Assembly: GCA_951406725.2 (NCBI GenBank)
Contig: OX597824.1
Coordinates: 620,001-684,000, forward strand
Source of the DNA: Octopus vulgaris
Lineage: Eukaryota
DNA length: 64,000 nucleotides
Direction of reading: 5' to 3'
A program made the translations under genes and the position numbers. Every line of letters starts with the position of its first letter. Position 1 is the first letter of the stretch. The notes under the pieces are model-generated. The model saw only the letters and a program-made list of their open reading frames with translations, was not told the origin of the DNA and made no database searches. Positions 37,668 through 49,384 of this stretch are shown here, piece after piece.

Positions 37668-39469
37668 CAACTCCCAGTGATGGTTTATTCAAAACAACCA
37701 AGCGTCGGGGAAGGTCGGAAGTAATGCCTTGTGGTGTTTGTTCCTGCTCCTTACATTTTGAGTTCAGATTTCGCCGAGGTCAACAGTTTCTTTTCGTCCC
37801 TTCGGGGGTCGATAAAACAAAGTACCGGTATTACTGGCACTGATGCTATTACTAGGAGCGATGGTGTTACTTTACTGCCCCTCCCCTTAACATTGCTAAC
37901 TTGATCCTAAATTAGAAACCTTCCTAGGGTTGTATAAATCCCTTTTGCTTTTGTTTCCGATTTCTTTGGTCACGTGATTCACCCGAAAAAAAGAAAAGAA
38001 AAGAAAAATGCATTTCCCTTAAAATTACGATAAAGCTGGGGTGGCGAGCTGGCAGAGTCGTTAGCACGCCGGGTAAAATGCTTGGCAGCATTACGTGCGT
38101 TCAAATCCCGCCGAAGCAGATTTTGTCTTTCATCTCAATCGGGGTCGATAAATAAAGTACCAGTTGCGTACTGGGGTCGATGTAATTGACTTAACTCCTT
38201 CCCCAAAATTGCTAGCCTTGTGTTAAAACTGGAAACCATTATTACTATAAAGCTTCTTTCTGTGAGTGAATTTTGAAAATATAAGTTCTATGCTTGGCCA
38301 AAAGTAAAACAAATGTGAGCCAACCTTCAAAACCAGCAACTGAAAGGAGCTTTGAGTGGCGAATGGGGATTGGGGGGTGGGTGGTGCTGTGAAGATCTGC
38401 TTTTAGAAACTGAGGCCGAGATGGTAAAAAAATAGAGAAATTATTTGTGAAACCGTTGCTCTTTGACTTATGTCTCATTGTCCGAGATGGGAAATTTTTT
38501 TCCTACGAGAGTTCCGGACCACAGTAATGAACTCATTTGTATACATCCAATCAGTGCTCACCTTGACCTTGTTGTCAAGTTAACAAACACACTCTACCAA
38601 GGAAACTCGAGACGAAGAACAATGTTGTAAGTCGACCGACCGCCGCCGCCGCCGCCGCCGCCAAGTCCTGTCTGGCTTTAGAAGGAGACAAGTAATTAGA
38701 TAGATTTGCATCGGGTTTTGTTAGGGCCCCATAAGGTTAAGATGTGGATGGGGAAAAAAATGTGGGTAGAGGGTGATGTTCAAGCAACCATCTCCTCTTA
38801 CTGCTTTACAAAGTAAACAACAACACAAATAACTCCGCAGAGGCAGCCGTGGTTGAAACAAGAACAAGAACAACAAGCATTCTTAAAAGAGAAAAGAAGC
38901 CTGGTCATTCTTGGACCAAGCGACCTCATCTTATCGCCTGACTGGGTGAAAAGGATCAAACTTTAAACCTCCATAACTTTTTAAAAACATTTTTCTGGAA
39001 AAAATGAAAAAAACTCCAGCAATTCAGTTTGGGCGAATGTATTATTGCGCCAACGTCGGAATGACCAGTGAATATCGAAGGATGAACACCGAGAAGGAAA
39101 TTATTTACATATATTTATTCGTTTGGCCGACAGGAAGTTAGAAAGACAGTAGTGATAGCGAAAAGGTTGTTGTCTGCTATTAGAGAGGGAAAGAGTAAGG
39201 AATGTACGGTGCTGACTAGAAAGGAAGAAAAGATATAGGTGGCTATCCTCTGATTGGTTGTATGCAAATGAGTTCATTACTGGGATCCGGAACTGTCGTG
39301 GGAAAAAAATTCGCGCCAGGGCCATCCGGGCAACACAAAGCTAACAGTGAAGAGCGTTTAGTGATGTCGTTCGTTGGGTTATTGTGTGCCTTGATTTAGG
39401 GATTTAGGGATTTGCGATTAGCGGCGTGGTGACGAAACACGGCATGCGGTTCATAATGTTAGAAGCAAG

Positions 39470-40915
39470 GTGTTAGCTGTTCCCACTGATCCACAGTATT
39501 TGACTGGCACTTTATTTTATGGACCCTGAAAGGACGAAAGGCAAAATTGACTTCGGTGGGATTTGAACTCAGAATATAAGGAGTCGGAAGAAATGCCGCC
39601 AACAATTTTGTTCGACGCGCTAACGATTTAATAATAATAACAATCCTTTCTACTCTAGGCACAAGGCCTGAAATTCCGGGGGAGGGGATCAGTCAATTAC
39701 ATCGACCCCAATTGCGTAACTGGTATGTATTTTATCGACCCCGAAAGGATGAAAGGCAAAGTCGACCTCGGCGGAATTTCAACTCAGAATGTAGCGACAG
39801 ATGAAATACCTATTTCTTTACTACCCACAAGGGGGCTAAACACAGAGGACAAACAAGGATAGACAAACGGATTAAGTCGATTATATTGACCCCAGTGTGT
39901 AACTGGTACTTATTTAATCGACTCCAAAAGGATGAAAGGCAAAGTCGACCTCGGCGGAATTTCAACTAAGAACGTAGCGGCAGATGAAATACCGCTAAGC
40001 ATTTCGCCCAGCGTGCTACCTTCGCCTTATCGATAATAAGTTTATGAAAGGGGGGGGAGGTGTCAGTCGACTGCATTGCCTCTAGTACTTCACTTGTACT
40101 TTATTTTATCGACCCTGAAAGAATGAAAAAAAAAAGTTGACCTTGGAACGTAAAGAACCAGAAGAAAAACTGTTTTTGAGCAGCTTTCGCCGAGAGAAAA
40201 TATTTAAGCGTCGTCCCATGTTTTTGTATGCAGAATAAATGTCCCAGACATCGACATTTTAATCTCATGTTATTTCATTATTATTAGTTTTATTAAGCCT
40301 TCATGTCTATCTAAAGCGGTGAGCTGGCAGAATCGTTAGCACGCCGGACGAAATGCTTTGCGGTATTTCATCTGCCGTTACGTTCTGGGTTCAAATTCCG
40401 CCGAGGTCGACTTTGCCTTTCATCCTTTCGGGGTCGATAAATTAAGTACCAGTTATGCACTGGGGTCGATGTAATCGACTTAATCCGTTTGTCTGTCCTT
40501 GTTTGTCCCCTCTGTGTTTAGCCCCTTGTGGGTAGTAAAGTAATAGAAAGAGATATTTTGTCCGTCTTTACGTTCTGAGATCAAATTCCGCCGAGGTCGA
40601 CTTTGCCTTGCATCCTTTCGGGGTCGATAAATTAAGTACCAGTTATGCACTGGGGTCGATGTAATCGACTATTCCCCTCCTCCAAATTTCAGGCCTTGTG
40701 CCTATAGTAGAAATGAATCGTTATCACACCGGACAAAATGCTTAGCGGCATTTCGTCCGTCTTTACATTCTGAGTTCAAATTCTGCCGAGGTCGACTTTG
40801 CTTTTCGTTCTTTCGTGATTGATAAAATAAGTACCAGTTGAGAAATGAGGTCGGTGTAATCGTCTTGGCCCTTCCCCTGAAATTGCTGGCCTTGTGCCAA
40901 AATTTGAAACCAATA
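39470..40915. mobile_element. Cluster of tRNA-derived SINEs (ggcgagctggcagaatcgttagc...gagttcaaattccgccgaggtcgactttgcc family); minus copies 39470-40150, plus copies 40316-40915
   Basis: A box TGGCAGAATCG and B box G(A/G)GTTCAAATTCC; many further copies at 35170-35640, 37740-38240, 44710-45560, 46406-46805, 57455-57640 and in VTI1B introns. Confidence 0.8.
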
Positions 40916-41814
40916 TTTCATGTCTATATAAAGCCTTTCCATTATTACTCAAATCATTCAAGCAACACGTGATTTAAGAATCTGATGCTTGTGAGACCAG
41001 GAAATATTTGGAAAGAAAATCAGAATATTACAAGTTTCGATCCCAAACGAGAAGACTTGGACGAGGAATGCTTGTTCCTGTTTTTCTTTTTTGTTTCTTT
41101 CTGTGATACAATATGAAGGTTTTTCGAAAAGCGTCAAGTACCCTAACAAACACATCCCGCTTTATCTAATTCAATAAAGCTATTGAGAAACGTACGGGCA
41201 CTACACAATCTCATCTTTCTTATTTCTTCCAGAAAAATCAAATGGAAGAGTTTTTGTGTTTGTGAAAGAAATCTGTTTGAGGTCGTCGTAACTTTTCACT
41301 TTTATATGCGATATTTTACTCCAAGGTATTTGTCATGTGACTATTGAAACATATCATTCACGTATATTCAGTGTCAATGTCCCCGAAAAGCAAGATATGA
41401 GTTATACTTTCTTCCTTTGAATATTCCAGCCAACCGTACTTGATAGATATACTGAAAACAGTATTGATCGTAAACACACACACACACATTCGTATTTCCG
41501 TTATTTGCTAAGTTTTCCACTGGCTGGTTTCGACGCCATATTCTCTTTCCAGATGCTTCTAATATATCGTCTTGTGAACTATGTTGAAGAGGATATAAAA
41601 CACAACTTTCTCTGATTTACAAGTTTCCTTCGAGTTCTAATTTCACCGATGTATTTACATTGGTGCTGAAGTGGTTTCGACTTATCGTTGTTGGCGCAAA
41701 TACCGTAACTACCATCCAGATACAAACCAAAAGAAAAAGGAGAGGAAAGCAAGTATAATCGATTCATTTGATCGAAGAAAAATACTTGAGATCGATTAAA
41801 GTAACCTTGGAGAC

Positions 41815-42085
41815 TGAACAACATGTTAAATAATGTATCCCGAGACACACTATGCTTGAAAAACACATTGGATAATATAGTCCAAGATAGACTATGGTTA
41901 AAAGAAACATTACATAATGTAGTTCTAGATGCATTATGTCAGAAAGATACATTGAATAATGTAGTCTTAGATACATTGTGACAGAAAGACATTAAAGAAC
42001 GTAGTTGTAGATATACTATGTCCGAAGGCCACATTATTTGATATAGTGTTAGATACACTATGTTTGAGAGACACAGTGAATAATG
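41815..42085. repeat. Degenerate ~41-bp minisatellite, about 6 copies
   Basis: Unit approximately agatacactatgtcagaaagacacattgaataatgtagttct. Confidence 0.75.
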
Positions 42086-42989
42086 GCAAAGTTATGAGCA
42101 CCCCGTTGAGTTGGAAGCAGAGTCAGGGAATAAGAGCTTCCATTCGATGACTTCAGATGTTCTTTAAGAGATTCATACATGTCTAGCTACCACATGTACA
42201 GGCGCACACACGCACACGAATGCACGCGCGCTCGCACACACATATTTCTATAGACACGCACATACATATTGCACGGAAGGACGACGAAGGAACTTGTGGA
42301 AAACAGGAAAAACACACAAAGGATGTGGACACACTTACCCCTCATCAGTTAATGACCAAAACTCATCGCAATTTCGATGCCTTATCGATAACATTGTTCA
42401 GTTTTGTGTTGCCAACAGCAAAATGCTGCTAAGGTGTAGAAGAGCGAACATGAATGCCAGGATGAGACAAGTACAAAAGCAACGGGTTCTCTAGACCGAA
42501 CGGTAAAAGGACGAGTTATGAGAGGAACGGAAATATGTATAAAAGGGAAAAGCAAAGGCAATAAAGAGAGGATAAACAGATAATGATTGACGCAGGTAGT
42601 TTTATTCATAGAAGGCCCTTCAGCCTCTGACACAAGGCTAATAGGAAAGAATGTGTACCAGTTGTATATTAGTGATAGATGTAACGGATGCACTGCTTGT
42701 TAGTATTGAGAACAGATTAGTTAAAACTACGTGGGACAGTCTGATAAGCAGCAAATGAATTCACAGAAAGAAATAAGTAAATTCTTACAGATTTTATTTA
42801 TCGGCCTCAATTCATCTATTTAAGGACTATGTATAGAGTTTGTAGTTGTCGTCTATTTTACTGTGGTAAAAAAATGATAGTACCACCGAGGTCGACTTTG
42901 CCTTTCATCCTTTCGGAGTCGATGAATTAAGTACCAGTTGCGTACCCCCCACCCAGACTTTAGGGTCTTGTGCCTAGAGTAGAAAAGAG

Positions 42990-43480
42990 AATGATAGCGA
43001 TAAGACTAGCAGTCGTGTACTTCTGACCAAGTGACGGATAAGAAAGAGAGATATGCTAACTCTGGCAAATACCTCGCGAAAGAGAGAGGTGCTCCTCTGG
43101 CAAGGTGCCCGGGTGAAAGAGGGAAAGAATTCTGTTTGGGTTCTATACAAGTTTGACAACTGGAAATAGGTCGGGAGAACAAAAGAAGGCGAATGCGCTT
43201 ATCTATGTAAAACAGAATTTCAGCTAAGATATTCAGTTAAAGAATAGGACGAAGTAAGGCAGTTGACTCATACTTTTCCAGGTACGAATGTCAAGAATAA
43301 TGGAAAGAAGCTTACCGGAGAATTTAGGCTGCGGTTTCGATTCTTAGCAGAGAATCCAACAAACGAATCGTTTCAAATGCGATCCTTTCAAATTTAGAAA
43401 TAATATCCGAAGAAAAACAAGACGAAACATGAGCTGAAAGGAGATTTGAAATCTATGAAAGGAGTTGAAAAAAACCCAAA
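42990..43480 (-). mobile_element. Highly degenerate LINE fragment, possibly CR1/L2-like
   Basis: Minus translation ...STSLFREVFARVSISLFLIRHLVRSTRLL loosely resembles CR1-type ORF2 C-termini. Confidence 0.3.
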
Positions 43481-44069
43481 TGACCAATCGAGCGATGAAC
43501 CCAAAAAGGGGATGGTTTGTTTTGGAAAAATGATGGTCACAAGGTACATTTTAGGAAAGGGAAAGAAAGGGGGAAGAGATGCGAAGAGGAAGGGTCGCAC
43601 CAAGAGAAGAAAGAATACGAATGAACGAAATAAAAACGTAGAGAGAACGTTATACACACACACACACAAATGCATACAAACACACACACACACACAAATG
43701 CATACGAACACACACACACACACACGCACACAAACACACACACACACACACATGCATACAAATTAGGAAGTATATATGAGTAGCATGAAAATATGGCTGT
43801 TGCGGCTGTTGCTGTTGTTGTTACTCAAGATAAAATGTGTTCTGACGCTCATGGCAAAGACGACGACGGTTATGATGATGATGATGACGTTTAGACGGCT
43901 GATGATTGGAAATAACCATAAACTGTAATAACAGAGACACTTCACCAAGCTGTCTTCTCCATAATTATAAAAAAAACAGTATAAAAAACAAAACAAAACA
44001 AAACAAAATAAAACAAAAGTAAACACAATTGAAAGAAATATAGAAATGAAAATGAAAGTAATAATAACA

Positions 44070-44552
<483 letters not shown>

Positions 44553-46989
44553 CATCACTTCCGGGTCTGCTTGTGTTTTTTCTCTTCCGCATCTTCTGAC
44601 ACTTCAACGATTCACACACGTTAAACATGTCAAATAGATAAAGATTTTAGTCTTGGAGTGTTTCTATCGCATAATACAAATACATGTCATTAATATTTTA
44701 TGAAGAGAAGGCCGAACGATGGCCAGAACCGTTCGAACAACGGGAAGCATGCTTTGTGGGATTTCCCTAGCTTCTTTTACATTCTGAATTGAAATCCCAC
44801 CGGAATCAGTTCATTCCTGCCGGGGCGATAAAAACATAGCCCCGGTCAAGTACTGGACTGCATAGATTAGACTAGCACCTTCCCCTCAAAATTACTGGCC
44901 TTGTGCTTAAATCAGAAACCATTATTATTGTCAAGGCAGCAAGGTGGCGAGTTGGTAGAATTGCTAGCACGCCGGACTAAAGGCTTAGCGGCATTTCGTC
45001 TATCTTTACGTTCTGAGTTCAAATTCCACCGAGGTCGACTTTGCCTTTAATCCTTTCGGGTTCGAGGAAATAAATACCAGTTGAGTACGGGGGTCACTGT
45101 AATTGACTTAATCCCTTCCGCCACAAAGCCCCAAGCCTTGCGCCTTTAGTAGAAAGGATTATTAAGGCAGCGATCTGGTAGAATCGATAGAGCGTCGGAG
45201 AAACATACCTTATGATTCTTGTTCCGGTTTTTTATATAATGGGCTCAAATCCCGCCATAAGTTCGATAAAATAAAGCACTAGTCAAGTACTGGGGTCGAA
45301 TGTATCAACTAACCCTTCCCTCAAAATGACTGCCCTTTTCACGAAATTAGGAGCCGTCCATTATTAATACTTAGAAAACCATAGGTTGGGAAGAATCGTC
45401 AGAGCTTTGGGTTCAAAATGCCGAAGAAACTTTTATTCGCTGAGTTTAGATCTCATAACGATCGTCTTTGCCTTTCATTTCACTGACGTTGATAAGATAA
45501 AGCGCCAGTTAAATTACTACCATGAATTTAATCGATTATATCTTCTTCCCTCCTTAAATTTGTGACCACTTGACCATACCAGAGACATTAACGTTGTTAC
45601 TTTTGATAATCAAAGAAGCGAGACGCAACAGAACAACAGAAGCAACGAATTGTTGTATGAAACCCACTACACAACACTCTCCGCCGTCCCCAGCCCTTCA
45701 ACAATATAAGTCAGCTGACTTATGGGACCCTGCAAGTTCTATGCCAACTATTCCTGGCAGCGTATGAGATTCACTTCCAACACACCAGAAGCTGCTTGGC
45801 AGGTGACTTGGAGCCATTTTCTTCGCTTGGCCTTCCACATTCTCCTTTACACCAAATAATCACGTCTCCAAGTCAAAAGAAAGGTTCACTCACAGCTGAG
45901 CTGCAGCAATTCACGCAAAGGCAACTACTCGTAGAAAATTGCCCCTACCCGGTACAAAGTGTCTCACCTGGTGTAAGATTATCATACGAACTACGAATGT
46001 TGTCCACGTGCTCTCATACCCACCTGATTACAGACTCTATCTTGGGTTAAACAACAAATGCAGCTAACTTCGGATCTCAGAGCACTAGGAATAAATAAAA
46101 GTGAAATGGCCCAACCAAAAATCGAACTGTTGCCGTGAAATCATTTCAGTGGCAACTCAACAAGACCTTTCACTGATTACATTACGAACATTTTGTATTC
46201 CATTCTATGTTCAGGGTCTTTGTACTTCACTAAGCCAGTGTTTATCTCTGGTTACCAAAGGTGGTGAGCGGATGTAATGCAAATCTTGGTTTGACAGGTT
46301 GGTTTGAGAGGCATTCAATTTCAGTATTGAAAGCCGTCTAACGCAAATATCAACTTTACAAAGCTGCCGCAACTTACAGATATGCATTGTAATATTCTAC
46401 TCATAAGGCGGCGAGCTGGCAGAAACGTTAGCACGCTGGACGAAATGCGTAGCCGTATTTCGTCTGCCGTTACGTTCTGAGTTCAAATTCCGCCGAGGTC
46501 GACTTTGCCTTTCATTCTTTCGGGGGTCGATTAAATAAGTACCAGTAATCACTGGGGTCGATATAATCGACTTAATCTGTTTGTCTGTCCTTGTTTGTCC
46601 TCTCTGTGTTTAGCCCCTTGTGGGTAGTAAAGAAATAGGTATTTCGTCTGTCTTTATATTCTGAGTTCAAATTCCGTCGAGGTCGACTTTGCCTTGCATC
46701 CTTTCGGGGTCGATAAATTAAGTTCCAGTTGCGTACTGGGGTCGATCTAGTCGACTGTCCCCTCCCCCCAAATTTCAGACCTTGTGCCTAGAGTAGAAAA
46801 GAATATTCTACCCATATATTAGCAGTTAGGTGATTGAATCACTGAGTACTCATTGTCGAAGAAACGAATACTCCACACTAACAGCGGAATCGGTCGCACC
46901 ATCAGAAATGTTCGCATCTCAGTTCTTTTTAAATACTTTTTGTTGAAGGGTGAACACTCTCTCAGTATTGAAATGTTAGACTAGCAGTA

Positions 46990-47570
46990 CCGAAGAATAA
47001 GACCACAAAACTTTAGACGTTCTGCTCTGCGTTGAAGAATAAGACCAAAAGGAAAACGTTAGACTTTCTACACTGTATTGAAGAATACGACCAAAAATGG
47101 CAGCCATTTTACTCTGTGTTGAAAAATAAGACCAAGACATTAGTTAGATAATCGCTTCTGTAGTAAAGATTATTTGCCAACATAACATGGCTGTCCTGGT
47201 TTAGGACGAATGTTGCTGTAATTTAGTCCCGGAAGACATCGTCTCCAGCTGACTCTACGACACGATCTCTATACGATGTCTCCTGGGGCCAAATTACAGC
47301 AACATTCATCCTAAACCAGGACTGCCATGTTATCTTGGCAAATAATCTTTATTCCAAAGTACTGTCGCTGAATATCTCTCGTTGTGAGATTTACAAATAG
47401 TAATTTTCTAATCGCTACTGTGTTTAAGATTAAGACCACAAAGCGCTGAAATTTTTAATGTGTTGAAGAATAAGGAGACAAAACATTAGACTTTCGATTC
47501 TGTATCGAAGACTAAAATCACCAAATGTTGGGATTTCAACTCTCTCTTGAAAAGCAAGCCCACAAAAAGG
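46990..47570. repeat. Degenerate ~40-45-bp tandem repeat (ttgaagaataagacca...ttagac..tct) interrupted by a palindromic insert
   Basis: At least 7 recurrences of gaagaataagacc-like motifs on both sides of 47164-47351. Confidence 0.65.
47164..47351. mobile_element. Palindromic MITE-like element (79-bp arms, 30-bp spacer)
   Basis: taaagattatttgccaa...gacatcgt / acgatgtc...ttggcaaataatcttta, with a few mismatches. Confidence 0.6.
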
Positions 47571-48396
47571 CATTCTTTCTGATGAATGGCAAAGCCCCGA
47601 AACCTTAATCTTTCTGCTCCTAATGGCAACCGAAATAAGCTGACATTCAACGACACTCTTTTCAATGATTTATTCTTGCTAACACAAGACCTCACCAGTG
47701 TTCATGGATTTAGAATTTTATCCAAGTTGCGTGGTATCCTACCAACGAGAATATTCCCGCTGAGAATACCCGACCAAACTAATCCGTGAACTTGTGAGTT
47801 CTTTACCTAAAGTAATCAATATTTACACACTTGAAATCAAATTAGTTTTTTTAAAACTTCCTGCCAGGTTAACAACCATTTCCCCTTCAAGTTTATGTTG
47901 AATACAAAAATAAAACAAGTCCCTCTGCAAGGAAATGGCGCATCATTGAAAAACAGTTGTAAAAAGAGAAAAGAACAAAAACGAAACACAAAAAAGAAAC
48001 AAAACAAGCAACAACGATTGTAATAAAAATAATAATAATTTAGCGGTTACTTAGAACATTAAATATTTAATCTTTCAAACGATACCCATATCAACATTTT
48101 ACAAAGATATTTTATGGTTGTCATCACTGAAAAATTTATTTTAGTGCATATTTAATGATTTTTATCTTAACTCGAACAAACGCGCAGATTTTTTTTTAAT
48201 AAAAGTACATTTTTTTCTCATAATGGAGTTTTGATGGTGTTGGCGGTGGTAACTGTGCTGCAAAGAAATGCCTTTACCGTTTCATATTTGCATACATTAA
48301 CTATTATCTGTCTGTCTGTCTGTCTGTCTATCTGTCTAGTTAGTTGTTAGCGTACACATTAGGGCTGCTTCATGAGTCTTTCTTTCTTTCTTTCTT

Positions 48397-48448
<52 letters not shown>

Positions 48449-48934
48449 CGAAAATCTGTTCGAGATAAAATAGAATCCAAGAAAACTGTTGGTGGTATGC
48501 GTCAGTAAGACTTGCATTATCTAGAAAAACCAGCAGAACGAGTTCGGTGAAATTACTCTTTCTTTTCGTCATTATCTTGAAGAAGGACTCTCTCCGAAAC
48601 GCTGGATTTCCTGCTCTCCACGGAAATTTCACTGTAATACCTCCGTCGATTTTGATACATACATACATAATGCGTACGCACGTATGTATGTACGCACGTA
48701 TGTATGTATGTATGTACCTTGTATGTATGTATGTATGTATGTATGTATGTATATATATCAGTATCAACAAGGTCATCTCATAGGTCGCCCCTGGCTTTGA
48801 ACTAGCAGGATGTCATTCAGAGGATCTTGAATACAAGACAATGGATGAGACCCTAATATTCATAGTTAGACGGAAATTACGGGACCACATTGAGTAGAGC
48901 CCTGTCACTCATACAGTATGCGCAACCGAAGCCC

Positions 48935-48985
<51 letters not shown>

Positions 48986-49011
48986 TGTGTGTATGTATGT
49001 GTGTGTGTGTA

Positions 49012-49078
<67 letters not shown>

Positions 49079-49384
49079 TAAACTGGCGTATGTACAAATT
49101 TGACAAAATGCGTTTTTTTCAATATCTAATTTTACATGCAAAAGCCGGTTCTTTTGGTCAAACTATCGTATCTCCAGTTGCTTCAAAAATATCAAAAATT
49201 GTCAAAGTGTAGTACAATGGTTTTGCTATGGAATGGTGAAATTAGTTCTTCGTTTTCTGAAAAAGCAAGGTTTCTGACTTGCGACACTTTTGCATAATAG
49301 CATCGATACATACATACATACATACATACATACATACATACATACATACATACATACATACATACATACATACATACATACAAC

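Noticed and set aside
39262-39269. Octamer ATGCAAAT as an snRNA or histone H2B promoter
   Set aside because: No snRNA or histone coding sequence is recognisable nearby; kept only as part of the inverted-repeat finding.
39394-39412. tttagggatttaggga telomere-like repeat
   Set aside because: Only two 8-bp units; not a (TTAGGG)n array.
40316-40405. tRNA gene suggested by A/B boxes (also other copies)
   Set aside because: No cloverleaf; it continues into a multi-copy SINE body.
41815-42085. CRISPR-like periodicity (also 46990-47570 and 31500-31830)
   Set aside because: The units are contiguous degenerate tandem repeats without unique spacers; no cas genes; eukaryotic context.
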